From positions 32,001 through 96,000 of IMG/VR virus record IMGVR_UViG_3300032335_000777: a DNA stretch of 64,000 bases. One strand, 5' to 3'. Below the pieces are notes generated by a model. The model did no database searches and had not been told where the DNA came from. It saw only the letters and a list, made by a program, of their open reading frames with translations. This DNA comes from a virus. Its lineage: Duplodnaviria > Caudoviricetes. Below are positions 45,082 through 55,009 of the stretch, piece by piece. A program made the position numbers and the translations under genes. Position 1 is the first letter of the stretch, and each line of letters opens with the position of its first letter.

Positions 45082-46635
45082 TTAGAACTGTGGAATTTCT
45101 TCGATGAGAACAGTTCGTGACAAGTCTTCAATGAATACATCGCAACGATCTTGCATCCAGATTTCATAGCCTGGGAATTTGTTGGCAGAAGACATACCCT
45201 GAGACTTAGCAAAGCCTAAGTGGTGTCTACGTCCATCGATATAACCCCAAGTCATAGAAGGAGCACCCTTCATACGTACTTCACGAATGTTGTTAACCAT
45301 AGAGCCATCAGACATTGGAGATACGTCAAATACCATGAACACAGGAGTGGATTTCTTGTTCTGACCAAATTCCAAGTTGGACTGAGGAAGATCAAGTTCT
45401 TTCAAGTGGATAAGTTCAACACGACCAGTCTCACGAGTTACCATTGCATCGAATGCAAAGTTGTAAGTGATGTGCTGTCCTTCTCCTTGCATATATCTGT
45501 TTCCAGAATCTGCCATGAAAGTAAGACCAGAGTTCAAAGCATCTGCTTTAAGAGCCTGCTGGAACACATCGAAGCCAGCTTCGTTAGTGTACATTTTAAC
45601 TCTTCTATCCTTAACATCTACACGTCTGTAGAACAAGTCTCCAAATACGGAACGGATAAGGTTTGCGGAGAATTCTCCACGGTTGTATTGTACCAAGTTA
45701 CCATTGTTACGCATTCTGTGGTAAACACCAGCAGACACACGCTTCAATTCTTGCTTAGATCCATTAGTTTTTACAGTGCCTGGCTTAGACCAGATCATTC
45801 GCTTCACCTTAAGTTCAAGCATTGCTTTTCTCAACATGAATTCTACGAATGGCTCCCACTTAACATCATTACGAGTTAAAGGAAGTTGGTTTCTACGCTG
45901 AGGAGCGTACACCAAAATATCAAGAGGTTTGCCAGAAGCATCACGCATAGTCTTATCATCAGCCCATGCAGTAACTTGGTGCTCAAAACCATATCCAGAA
46001 CCAAGAGATTCGAACATAGTGATTTTCTCACCAAGTCTTGGTAAACCAAGAAGGTCCTGATCAAATTCACCAATTGCAGCATCAACTAGTTCTAGTTCGA
46101 TACCAATTTGCAAGAAGGTAGAGCTTACGAAATCCAAGATTGGGTTATCAGACACCAATGTGAAAGTGTAAAGGAAACCTGCATTCCAAGGAACTGGGTC
46201 TTTTACAGCGTACCATCTTGGACCATACTGACGAGAACCTACAGAAACGATAGCGTTCTTAGAGAATTCGTTAGTGTCCAATACCACCTGAAACTCCTGA
46301 CCATCAATACCTGGCTTGCTCAACTCAGCAGTGGAGCTAGGGATGTCGATGATTTTAGGGAATTTGTAAGGAACTTGAACATCCCACTTCCAAGAATCGC
46401 TGTTGTTGTCGATGTAGTAGGGAGTGGACTTGTTGATCATATCAAGGAAGTCATTGCTATACAATGAGCTCTGAGTGTACAAGGAGATAATCTTCTTGTC
46501 GTAGTCAGCTGGCTCAGTGGAGTGGAATGATTCCAAGTGATTTGAATCAGTTAGCTTTCCTACTGCACGCTTGTCCATTGACGCAACACGGGCATAGGTA
46601 AAGCCAGTTAAACCTGGGATTGTTTGAATTGCCAT
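45082..46635 (-). CDS. Major capsid protein (517 aa)
   Basis: Terminase-portal-scaffold-MCP order. LTDSNHL...WKWDVQVP, VSAGVYHRM and MYTNEAGF motifs. Strong codon bias and a downstream terminator. Confidence 0.85.
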   Translation of the reverse strand: MAIQTIPGLTGFTYARVASMDKRAVGKLTDSNHLESFHSTEPADYDKKIISLYTQSSLYSNDFLDMINKSTPYYIDNNSDSWKWDVQVPYKFPKIIDIPSSTAELSKPGIDGQEFQVVLDTNEFSKNAIVSVGSRQYGPRWYAVKDPVPWNAGFLYTFTLVSDNPILDFVSSTFLQIGIELELVDAAIGEFDQDLLGLPRLGEKITMFESLGSGYGFEHQVTAWADDKTMRDASGKPLDILVYAPQRRNQLPLTRNDVKWEPFVEFMLRKAMLELKVKRMIWSKPGTVKTNGSKQELKRVSAGVYHRMRNNGNLVQYNRGEFSANLIRSVFGDLFYRRVDVKDRRVKMYTNEAGFDVFQQALKADALNSGLTFMADSGNRYMQGEGQHITYNFAFDAMVTRETGRVELIHLKELDLPQSNLEFGQNKKSTPVFMVFDVSPMSDGSMVNNIREVRMKGAPSMTWGYIDGRRHHLGFAKSQGMSSANKFPGYEIWMQDRCDVFIEDLSRTVLIEEIPQF

Positions 46636-46660
46636 TGTTTTTTACTTTTTTTTATTTAAT

Positions 46661-47896
46661 TTATAAGAACCATGAGTTTGCTTTTCCAGCATTGCCACCA
46701 GAACCAGGTTTTTTACTGGTTTGTCTTGCGACTTCCTCAAACAACTGGGTTGACTTCTTAGTCACTCCTGTTCTTTGGATGGTAGATAGCGTAGGATCTT
46801 TTTCTAAAATCTTAAGAAGAAGTCCCAGCTTAACTTTCATAGCGTGGTTCTCAGGTCTCTTAAGTTCCAGGATAGTCTTGTCAAAATCTGTCAGGGTTTC
46901 ACCTGAAGGAGTTTTGTACTTGTCTACCAAAAGGAAGTCTTGTAGTTCTGATGCCAATTTGGGGTTTAATGGAATTCCATCAAACTCCTTTGTTTTCAAT
47001 TTGTCTTGGAGGACAGACTGAACGTTTTGAATATACTGATTTCGAACCATTGCTTTCTGCTGAAGTTGTTGTTCAGCTTGCTGCTCCATTTGTTGCAACT
47101 TTGCTGCTTCCTTCTTAACAAGCACTTTATGATGCTTGCTAGCAACTGTTTCTAAATCACCGTAGTTTCTAAGTCTTTCAATTTCTGTAGTGACATCTTC
47201 ATTATCAAATCCTTGATCTGTCAAGGCTTGTTTGATAACTCTCACTTGATTGTCTTCGTTAGAAAGATCCAACTCAGCGAAGTTCACCACATTGTTGTAT
47301 ACACCAAAATAATCTTTAGGGTTTACACCCTTTACAAATATGGCATCAAACGCTTTCTGGTAATCTTCTCCAAATTGACCTATGAAGTTGTCAACAATTT
47401 CAATTGCACCTTTTTTCTTTTCTGAATTGAACTTCTCCAAGAATTGTTCAGGAGTTTCAATTACAGCATCCTCTTCATCATCATCTTGTGTAAAAACACC
47501 AAGTTTGAAAAGGTCCTTTGATAAAGAAACAAATGGTGATTCTGCAACATCATCCTCTTCTTCCTCAGCTTCTGCTTTGGCTGGTGCTGCTACAACATCT
47601 TCTTCTGTTTCTTCTTCATCATCGTCATCTCCAAGGAAGTTTTTCAAAACATCTTGTGGAGTGGATTCTTCACCATCTAGCTTCTGGACAACTTCTTTAC
47701 CTTTTGATACTTCTGGTTTTTTAGGAGCTTTTGGTTCATCTGCTGTCTTTACGATTGTTTCTAACTTATCAGGATCTTCTGTAGAAGTTTCTGGAGAAAA
47801 CAAATCGTCCAACAACTGTGTGTTACCTATCCCCATTTCCATAGTATCTTCAATACCAAAGTTACCAAATGACGGAGTGTCTAGGTTGTCTGCCAT
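46661..47896 (-). CDS. Acidic scaffolding-like protein (411 aa)
   Basis: D/E-rich disordered N-terminus and coiled-coil C-terminus, between portal and MCP. Confidence 0.6.
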   Translation of the reverse strand: MADNLDTPSFGNFGIEDTMEMGIGNTQLLDDLFSPETSTEDPDKLETIVKTADEPKAPKKPEVSKGKEVVQKLDGEESTPQDVLKNFLGDDDDEEETEEDVVAAPAKAEAEEEEDDVAESPFVSLSKDLFKLGVFTQDDDEEDAVIETPEQFLEKFNSEKKKGAIEIVDNFIGQFGEDYQKAFDAIFVKGVNPKDYFGVYNNVVNFAELDLSNEDNQVRVIKQALTDQGFDNEDVTTEIERLRNYGDLETVASKHHKVLVKKEAAKLQQMEQQAEQQLQQKAMVRNQYIQNVQSVLQDKLKTKEFDGIPLNPKLASELQDFLLVDKYKTPSGETLTDFDKTILELKRPENHAMKVKLGLLLKILEKDPTLSTIQRTGVTKKSTQLFEEVARQTSKKPGSGGNAGKANSWFL

Positions 47897-47958
47897 ATAT
47901 GTAGTTAATTATTTGATTGGTTTATATGATATAAATGTACTTTCGTTTGTAAAATAAT

Positions 47959-47966
47959 CAAATATA
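47959..47966 (-). promoter_or_regulatory. Bacteroidota sigma70 -7 element (TATATTTG) upstream of scaffold/MCP
   Basis: TAnnTTTG match in the portal-scaffold intergenic region. Confidence 0.5.
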
Positions 47967-48029
47967 GAATAATCAAAATTGTTGTATTTTTGACACGTAT
48001 AGCATTAATGTTAATTTTTCCATATTTTA

Positions 48030-50624
48030 TTATTTCTTATTGTTTTTAGATGCTCTGTTTGTAGCATTTATCTTAGCCACTTCAACATCATTCTTCATAT
48101 TCTCTCTAGCAACATTTAGTTTTTCTTTTTCAAGTTGTAGCTTTTGCATAGCTTGAGTGTTTTTAGATTGAATGTCCTGCATCTTTAATTGATAATCTTG
48201 AGCTGCTTTAGACTGTTGTAGAGATAAGTTTGATACCTCTAATATATCAGGAGTGCCTGACTCATCAACATCTTGTGTTGCTGCTTCTCCTCTTGCAGCA
48301 GCATTAATAAGAGCTATTTCTTTCTTATTAATTCTATCAAGTTCTTTCTGATAGTTTTCATTAGCAAGTGTTTCTTGTTGTTGCTGTTGCTGAGCCTGTA
48401 GCTGGGCAGCTGCAATTTGTTGCTGTTGTTCAAGCTGTTGCTGTTGCAATTGCATTTGCTGGTCTTGCATTTGCTGCTGACGATCTTTGAGATTTTTGAA
48501 TGTCTTCTTCATCTCTCTCATAGACTTAGTAGAATACAATTCTATTACATCATATAGTGTGCCACCATTCTGTATAACTGCTTGAGATAGCTGACGAAGC
48601 TCGTTAAACATTTGTGTATCTTCTGGTCTGTTTGTAATAAACACTTTAAGATCACGAAGCTTCAAATCATTACCATTCACTTGTATAAATGCAGATTCTC
48701 CTTCAGATGTAATATATGATAGGGTGGACATAGGCTTAGCACTTTCTACATATTGTGCAGCATCTACAATAGCTTGATATAGCTGACCTAATACATACTC
48801 ATGTGCAATGAATAAAGGCTCTGTCTGAGCGTATGACTGACTGACAGCTGTGTTGACACCTGTGGCAGATTCGCTTGCTTGTACGCTTCCTAAACGCTGT
48901 CTAGAAATGCCTATAAGTTCCCAACATTCATTCTTTAATTGAAGAGCAAGGTTATATCTAGACTGAATTTCGTTAGTTCTTGTCAGGTCTATGTTTCTTG
49001 CAATGGTGGTGTTAGAGACAGCAGCCTTTGTGTTCTCTGGGCTGTCATCATCGAATATAATACCACGCTCTCTTGCTTCCATTTCCCATACATCTAGAGC
49101 ATCTTGATCATCTCCATCTTTTAGTCTAGGAACACGTCTAATGTTTACAGAAGCCACATTACCAATTTCCTTTTCTAGCAATTTGTAGAGCTGATTCATA
49201 CAAATGTTGTATAACACCTGGAATGGCTTCATCAAATCCACTAATGATTTAGCTTCTGTGTTCTTCACCTCAAACGTAGTGCCTATAATAGGGCAATAGT
49301 TTACGATTTTAAGAGGTTTGATGTGATAGATGTCTGGACCAATCTTTGTTCCTTGATACCACTGGTTAATCCATCCCCATTCAAGAGAGATTTGTGTAGG
49401 AATAGTGTTTGATTTGTAGTTTTCATCCACAAGAACAGTTTGCTCATTACCCATTTCATCTAGATAGGAAAGCTTACCAATCTTTCTCTTGCTAATCCAA
49501 TATGATCTAACAACAACATACTTGTATCCAAATGTAGACACGTTTGTTGTTAAGCCTAAGAAGTCTTTTAGTCCATCATTGTTCTCTTTCATCTCACTTT
49601 CAATCATCATTCTTGTCTGAAGTACAAGAGGATCGAATGTGTCGTATTGAATAGAATCGATACCATCAGCAGCATTAGGATTGCCAAGGTTGGATTCACG
49701 AACGTTGATGAGTCCGTAGTCTTGCAAGGAGCTTCTTAGGTGATCAATCTCTTCTTTAGTGAGATCAGGAATAGATTCAATGATTTCAGAAAGCTCCATA
49801 ACTTGCACAGTACCAGCAGCATACGCTCCTTGGTTTCTTCCTGTTGGATCAGAAATCCACTTTCTATCTGGTGTTGTGAGGAACCATGTATTCTTTGGGT
49901 TGGCCACTTCTATGTTGAATCCAAGCTTAGAGTTGTCTTCGTAGATGTGATAGAACTCTCTAGCGGAAATAAGAAGATCTCTGAATGCATCTTCTGATTT
50001 TTCTTTCAGGTTAAATTCAGCTTTCTGGCATGTAAGAATGTGGTTAGCCCATTTCTCAGCTACAGAGGTGTAAGAATCTAGCTGATCCTTCACTTGCTCC
50101 ATTGTCATTTGGTTAAGCTGCTCTTCGTCAACTTCTTCACCCTGCATAGCAAGCTTCTGCAATATGTTCTGTCTAGCCTGAGAAATAATAAACTCCTGAA
50201 GAACATCTGTTTTGAATTGTAGTTCTTCAGCTTGGCTATCATCATCAAATGCCTTTACACGAAATGTATCTGGACGCTTAGATATTTCACCTACGAGGTT
50301 ATTGATGGGGGTGGTTACAATAGAATAGTGCTTAACGTATGATGGTAAGCCTAAATCTCCTTGTAAGATTTCTGTAAAAGATTTCACATCTGGCTCTTGA
50401 TAAAAGTCTTCCATACGAAGGATTCCTTTTACAAGGTCATAGTTTTTAACAAACGTGTCACGACTCTTCATATATTCTGCATACGACTTGTTTGCAAAAT
50501 AATCCATCGTGTTTTTCACCCAGCTCTCATCCTGCTTCTCTTTCTCTGTCTTGAATTGATCAGGGAAAATGTTAAGATAGGCATATCGTATGGTTGCGTC
50601 CTTTGTATATCTAATGATTGCCAT
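48030..50624 (-). CDS. Portal protein (864 aa)
   Basis: Follows the terminase. HYSIVTTPINNLVGE, SLVDLMKPFQVLYN and IGISRQRLG motifs, with a Gln-rich C-terminal coiled coil. Confidence 0.85.
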   Translation of the reverse strand: MAIIRYTKDATIRYAYLNIFPDQFKTEKEKQDESWVKNTMDYFANKSYAEYMKSRDTFVKNYDLVKGILRMEDFYQEPDVKSFTEILQGDLGLPSYVKHYSIVTTPINNLVGEISKRPDTFRVKAFDDDSQAEELQFKTDVLQEFIISQARQNILQKLAMQGEEVDEEQLNQMTMEQVKDQLDSYTSVAEKWANHILTCQKAEFNLKEKSEDAFRDLLISAREFYHIYEDNSKLGFNIEVANPKNTWFLTTPDRKWISDPTGRNQGAYAAGTVQVMELSEIIESIPDLTKEEIDHLRSSLQDYGLINVRESNLGNPNAADGIDSIQYDTFDPLVLQTRMMIESEMKENNDGLKDFLGLTTNVSTFGYKYVVVRSYWISKRKIGKLSYLDEMGNEQTVLVDENYKSNTIPTQISLEWGWINQWYQGTKIGPDIYHIKPLKIVNYCPIIGTTFEVKNTEAKSLVDLMKPFQVLYNICMNQLYKLLEKEIGNVASVNIRRVPRLKDGDDQDALDVWEMEARERGIIFDDDSPENTKAAVSNTTIARNIDLTRTNEIQSRYNLALQLKNECWELIGISRQRLGSVQASESATGVNTAVSQSYAQTEPLFIAHEYVLGQLYQAIVDAAQYVESAKPMSTLSYITSEGESAFIQVNGNDLKLRDLKVFITNRPEDTQMFNELRQLSQAVIQNGGTLYDVIELYSTKSMREMKKTFKNLKDRQQQMQDQQMQLQQQQLEQQQQIAAAQLQAQQQQQQETLANENYQKELDRINKKEIALINAAARGEAATQDVDESGTPDILEVSNLSLQQSKAAQDYQLKMQDIQSKNTQAMQKLQLEKEKLNVARENMKNDVEVAKINATNRASKNNKK

Positions 50625-52648
50625 TATGAAAATAATTTATTTTTCCTCGTATTGAACATATTTTTAGAGCTGCTGAACAGCTTATTGTTATTTCCTTTTT
50701 TTGAATATAACGATTTAACTCGTTCATCGCTAGTTCCTCCAATCTTTCCTAATATGGGGTCCATCTTAAGTGCCTGAGCTATAGCAAGTTCTGCTGCTAC
50801 AATCCTATCGAAGTTTCCCTCATCGTTGTATTGGATGATTTCCTCAAGAAGCATTGGGTCAAATATCTTACTCACCCCTGTCACTTCTTTGGTAACTCTA
50901 CCATCATCATCTTTCTCAGAATAAATAACATCTTCCATATATCTTTTCAACGATGTATGTAGATAGTCAATTATTTTCTGAGCTGATCTGTGAATTCCAT
51001 ACTCTCGTTTCACGGTAGTGTTAGGAATCACTTCTAACAACCATTGTGGTTGTTTCTCTAGATAGTGTGCATCACCTTTACTCTTCATGTATTCAATGAA
51101 CGAAATATCGTCATTTTCACAAAGAGCTCTAGCGTTGTAATATTTAATTAGTAATCTAGCCTGTTCTTCCCACGTTTCCTTCTTATCAGGTCTTGCACAG
51201 TACGAAGCTACGAACATATCCTGATATTTTTCACCAGTGAGATCGTGCATTCTCTTGTAAATATACACAGAACCTAGTGAAGTTGAATACTTTGCCTGTC
51301 CTTGTCTGTAGGGGTCAACTCCTGCAACGTATAATCCATAGGGAGGATTCTCTATAGGAAACTCATATATCACTATAGGAGCATCCTTTCTATCTGTACT
51401 CTTAAGAGGAAAGTTTGTAATAGGCATGTTGTCTGTAAACTCATGTCCAATCTTTCCTTCGTCACTAAATAGTATAACAGGTGTTCCTGTTCTTTCGTTC
51501 TGCAATAGTCTGATTTTCTGTCTCTTAGCAGCTTCTATATCGAAGATGTTGGTGTCTTCGTTTAGGAATATGTCATCCACCTTCTGCGGATAGTACATCT
51601 TCTCTTTCAGGAATGCCACTCTATCACCAGCCTTCTTTAATCTTTCTAAGTTATCAGTGGTGATTTTGTCAGCCTTCTCTTCATTAGACACTAGCATTTT
51701 CACGTTATGAAGTTCGCTAGTTTTTGCAGCATTCACATAAGCTCCTAACGTAGAATCTTCTTTGGCTTCCATTCTATATTTGTTAGAAATGAATAGCCCA
51801 TGTACACGCTTTGTATCCTCTTCATTATTGTATGTTAGAAAGTTGTAATTGTCAACATCAAACATCAATGACTTAGCGTCCATAAATCGCTTCATATCAC
51901 CCCCTGTACCTGTAAGAATGGGAGAACATCCCCATCCAAATGGTGTTGTAAAACCAGGAACAGCAGCCTGTAAACCTCTCAGGAAAGAGCCCTTACCAAT
52001 CTCATCAATAATGAGCTTACGTGGCTTTGTACCAGCAATAGCTTCTTCATTATTACCCTCATCTAAGTTACGAATAAGAATTTGAGAGAATGGTATTCTC
52101 TCTCCTCCCTTTGTCTTTATCCCTAACGTCACCTGATTCTTCCAATTATCCTCTACACGTTGCCATCTGAAGTATTCAGGAAGGAAGTTAAGGCCCTTGT
52201 CAAGCTTGTCTGTAATTAGTTTAATATCTGGAGCATTCAATCCAGCAATTACGTTCTGTGAGTTCTCATCAAATGTAGCACCCCAAGCAATATAACTTGC
52301 TTCTAAGACAGACTTAGCAAAACGTCTAATCCCCAAAATGACCAACCCACGCTTCTCAGCATGGGCTCTGTCTATTTCATTTGTAACTAACCATTCATTG
52401 TCTCTGAGAGACGGGTTTGCATATTTCTGATAGATGCGTCCTCTATCATCCATAACATCCACTTCTGTATGCCACAGATTCAAATGCCAATACAGAAAAG
52501 GGTTGATGAACACACCATCCATCATAAATCCATCAAGACACAGCTTCTTATGAAAATCAAAGAAGGGTTTGTATTCCTGTGATGTTTTATCAGGAAGGCG
52601 TGGCTGGTTAATCAACCACTCACTGTATTTAACATTTTCTAAATTCAT
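50624..52648 (-). CDS. terL: Terminase large subunit (674 aa)
   Basis: GIRRFAKS (crAss-type Walker A region), IIDEIGK (Walker B), ILTGTGG, YVAGVDPY (RNase H-like nuclease) and GNFDRIVA. Confidence 0.9.
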   Translation of the reverse strand: MNLENVKYSEWLINQPRLPDKTSQEYKPFFDFHKKLCLDGFMMDGVFINPFLYWHLNLWHTEVDVMDDRGRIYQKYANPSLRDNEWLVTNEIDRAHAEKRGLVILGIRRFAKSVLEASYIAWGATFDENSQNVIAGLNAPDIKLITDKLDKGLNFLPEYFRWQRVEDNWKNQVTLGIKTKGGERIPFSQILIRNLDEGNNEEAIAGTKPRKLIIDEIGKGSFLRGLQAAVPGFTTPFGWGCSPILTGTGGDMKRFMDAKSLMFDVDNYNFLTYNNEEDTKRVHGLFISNKYRMEAKEDSTLGAYVNAAKTSELHNVKMLVSNEEKADKITTDNLERLKKAGDRVAFLKEKMYYPQKVDDIFLNEDTNIFDIEAAKRQKIRLLQNERTGTPVILFSDEGKIGHEFTDNMPITNFPLKSTDRKDAPIVIYEFPIENPPYGLYVAGVDPYRQGQAKYSTSLGSVYIYKRMHDLTGEKYQDMFVASYCARPDKKETWEEQARLLIKYYNARALCENDDISFIEYMKSKGDAHYLEKQPQWLLEVIPNTTVKREYGIHRSAQKIIDYLHTSLKRYMEDVIYSEKDDDGRVTKEVTGVSKIFDPMLLEEIIQYNDEGNFDRIVAAELAIAQALKMDPILGKIGGTSDERVKSLYSKKGNNNKLFSSSKNMFNTRKNKLFS

Positions 52649-52977
52649 CGTCTACCTTTAAGGAAATCTTCAGCCATTGAGCCAAGCTCACCATTACCAC
52701 GTATTTCCACTTTAGATTCTTCTTTCTCTCTAAGCTTATCCACCACCTCAAGAAGAGCCAAATAGTTCTTCATGGTCTCTTGAATAAACTTACCCTGAGA
52801 TTCAATGCTAGCAATCACCATAGGCAACATTCCACCCTTAGATGTAGGCTTCCATTCAATCCTATCCTTAAGCTCATGCATGGGATTGGCATCAACATAT
52901 TGCTTCCAGCTAGAAAGCTGCTGCTCTGCCCAATCGAGCTCTGTATTAATGTATGTTGTCTTCTTTGGAGCAGCCAT
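52645..52977 (-). CDS. Hypothetical protein, candidate terminase small subunit (110 aa)
   Basis: Overlaps the terL start (ATGA). Helical, with a KVEIRG C-terminal motif. The function is inferred from position only. Confidence 0.45.
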   Translation of the reverse strand: MAAPKKTTYINTELDWAEQQLSSWKQYVDANPMHELKDRIEWKPTSKGGMLPMVIASIESQGKFIQETMKNYLALLEVVDKLREKEESKVEIRGNGELGSMAEDFLKGRR

Positions 52978-53171
52978 TACGATAGGGTTACAATACCAGC
53001 AGCAGCTGTCTTCAGCTCTGTGACAGAGGTTTGTATTGGACCACTGAGCAGCTCCTGAATTTGCTTGTTAGCAATCTCCTTTGTCTTCTCATCAATCCCA
53101 GGTGTGGCGCACAATGCTGCCAATCTTTCAATAACGGACATTGATTCTTGTCCAACCATAGCTTTATTCAT
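52977..53171 (-). CDS. Hypothetical protein (64 aa)
   Basis: Translationally coupled to both neighbours. Confidence 0.55.
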   Translation of the reverse strand: MNKAMVGQESMSVIERLAALCATPGIDEKTKEIANKQIQELLSGPIQTSVTELKTAAAGIVTLS

Positions 53172-53419
53172 ATTAAATTATTTATATCCTCATCAGAAAG
53201 TGGTTTGTCTTCTTCCTCATCGTCCTCATCATCGTACACATCATTGTCTTCCTCTGACATATATTCTTCTTGCACAACAATATTAATGACATCTTGATCT
53301 TCACCCTGAATACCAATGATGTCAACGTAATCAGCTCCAGCATCCCATATATGTGTCAATGTATCAAGGAGCAGCTCTAAGCTGATTTTTCTAAAACGTA
53401 TTTCTTTATTCTGCCTCAT
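53168..53419 (-). CDS. Hypothetical acidic protein (83 aa)
   Basis: GADYVDI motif and acidic tail; overlaps its neighbours. Confidence 0.6.
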   Translation of the reverse strand: MRQNKEIRFRKISLELLLDTLTHIWDAGADYVDIIGIQGEDQDVINIVVQEEYMSEEDNDVYDDEDDEEEDKPLSDEDINNLI

Positions 53420-53687
53420 CGATTTCCTCCTCCTGTTCTCTTGTCATCACTGGTTTCCATTTCTCTGTAGGACACGCACAAGACAGACATTTTGTTTTAG
53501 CTGACAGCGTACATCCACAATGTGTACAATGTTCGTCAAAACGTATTGTCTTGTGATGTTTAGAATGAAACTTGCATTCATTACAAATGCTCATTCTCTC
53601 TGCTGACACTTGATCAATCTGTTCCTTTAGTCTTTCTTCTGGAAGTAGATTGTTTTTCCAACCTTCGTAAATCTGTGTTAAGCTCAT
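53406..53687 (-). CDS. Cys-rich putative Zn/Fe-binding protein (DUF6171-like, 93 aa)
   Basis: RMSICNEC...CTHCGCTLSAKTKCLSCACPTEKW. Confidence 0.65.
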   Translation of the reverse strand: MSLTQIYEGWKNNLLPEERLKEQIDQVSAERMSICNECKFHSKHHKTIRFDEHCTHCGCTLSAKTKCLSCACPTEKWKPVMTREQEEEIDEAE

Positions 53688-54027
53688 TTATCTTATTCAT
53701 TAGTATTTTACGCTTCAACAACATCTGATCAATATCATCATTCCACTTCTCCGTTTTCACATCACTATCAGAGCTGGAAATCCTATCCCTAAAACTCCTA
53801 ATCTTCTCATCTAGAACATCAAGCTTTTTCTGGGCAGCTCTATCATTCCATTTTAATGTGCCCCATCCAGAAATCTCCACTGTCTTATTCTTCTGTAGAG
53901 CTGCCAGCACACTATCAAACTGATGTCGTATTATTTGATCAACAATCCTCACATCCATTTCTAGGGACTCAGCAAGCCTTCTAACAAACCAATCCCTATG
54001 GGACATTGAATTAGGCTTTTCCTTCAT
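53614..54027 (-). CDS. HU/IHF-like DNA-binding protein (137 aa)
   Basis: RRLAESLE...IVDQIIRHQF...ALQKNKTVEISGWGTL, followed by a coiled coil. Confidence 0.6.
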   Translation of the reverse strand: MKEKPNSMSHRDWFVRRLAESLEMDVRIVDQIIRHQFDSVLAALQKNKTVEISGWGTLKWNDRAAQKKLDVLDEKIRSFRDRISSSDSDVKTEKWNDDIDQMLLKRKILMNKINELNTDLRRLEKQSTSRRKTKGTD

Positions 54028-54358
54028 GCAAAATCTTTATCTCTAATGTAATGTCACTGGAGAACTCTAATGATATTAACGGATTGACAACAATCTTTCC
54101 ATCCTTCTTAAGAAGCAAATTACGCTTCTTTAGCTTGCTCACCATGTTGTTCACTGTAGCCCCTGTTGTCTTGTATGTTGAACAGAATTTATCCCTATTA
54201 CTAGGAACAGAAATACTTCCAGAAACAGCAATGAAAGACATCAACTGAATCTCTCTGTCTGTAAGCTCCAAATCGTTCAATGCAGAAAGAACAGAATAAT
54301 ACCTATACGACACTTCTGTGTCATTCTGTAATTCCTTCTTTAATCGTTGTACAATCAT
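54011..54358 (-). CDS. Winged helix-turn-helix protein (probable start at ATG 54358)
   Basis: LTDREIQLMSFI...TTGATVNNMVSKLKKRNLLLKKDGKIVVNP. First gene of the late operon. Confidence 0.6.
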   Translation of the reverse strand: MIVQRLKKELQNDTEVSYRYYSVLSALNDLELTDREIQLMSFIAVSGSISVPSNRDKFCSTYKTTGATVNNMVSKLKKRNLLLKKDGKIVVNPLISLEFSSDITLEIKILHEGKA

Positions 54359-54376
54359 TTCCTTATTGGTTTCTAA

Positions 54377-54409
54377 CAAATATAAAACATCCTCAACGAA
54401 AATAACAAA
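54377..54409 (-). promoter_or_regulatory. Bacteroidota sigma70 promoter TTTG-N21-TATATTTG driving the late operon
   Basis: -33 TTTG at 54406-54409 and -7 TATATTTG at 54377-54384, 21-nt spacer, 18 nt before the ATG. Confidence 0.7.
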
Positions 54410-54610
54410 TTTTATTATTTCTGTTTTTCAATCGAGGCCCCACCCATGTGAGTAATTGAAAAGAAGCCCCCCACCAAAATTTTCAAAATTTGGAAAAATG
54501 TTGTGTCAATAGGAGGGTAGGTTACATCATATCAAAACCCCCTGCGGGGCGTGGCATGTTGGGGTGGTCCCCATGCTTCGAACTATTATAAAACAAAAAC
54601 ACAAACTAAG
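54385..54610. other. Divergent strand-switch intergenic region with C/G-run palindromes (candidate genome end, pac/ori or early promoter)
   Basis: Coding strand switches here. CCAAAATTTTCAAAATTTGG imperfect palindrome, plus CCCC-TGC-GGGG and GGGG-TGGT-CCCC hairpins. Confidence 0.45.
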
Positions 54611-55009
54611 ATGGCAAAAGCAATCGAAATCACAGGCCCTCAAATCTTTCGTCTCAGAGTCCTAGAATCTGCTAGACCTTACTCAAAAGATTCTGCACTT
54701 GCAGGACAATTCTACTCTAGAATAACCTACAACGGAACAGTCCTTACCATTAATGATAAAGACCCATTCCTTGCAGACCTCAAGGCTGGCAGAGTTCACA
54801 CTGCATTCCTACTTGAGACTGAAGAATCCATCACTGATGATGAAGGTAACACTAGCGTTGTTACACGATTAGCATTCGATGGCTACGCAAGCAATGCTCA
54901 AATGATTGGCTTGACCAAAACTGATGCTGTACTACAGAGCATCATGAAGGGTTCATTCAAAGCAGAAGCAGAACTTAGCGAGGAAGACATCTTGGCATTG
55001 GAGCAATAA
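54611..55009 (+). CDS. First early gene, hypothetical (about 132 aa; probable start at ATG 54611)
   Basis: A/C-rich leader, then MAKAIEITG... Acidic C-terminus. Codon usage resembles the highly expressed structural genes. Confidence 0.7.
   Translation: MAKAIEITGPQIFRLRVLESARPYSKDSALAGQFYSRITYNGTVLTINDKDPFLADLKAGRVHTAFLLETEESITDDEGNTSVVTRLAFDGYASNAQMIGLTKTDAVLQSIMKGSFKAEAELSEEDILALEQ

Noticed and set aside
44997-45212. 71-aa ORF overlapping the MCP end
   Set aside because: Out of frame and runs through the terminator. No slippery site is evident to support a frameshift extension.
2088-54248. Numerous short plus-strand ORFs within the late module
   Set aside because: They lie antisense to long, motif-bearing genes and show no independent signals.
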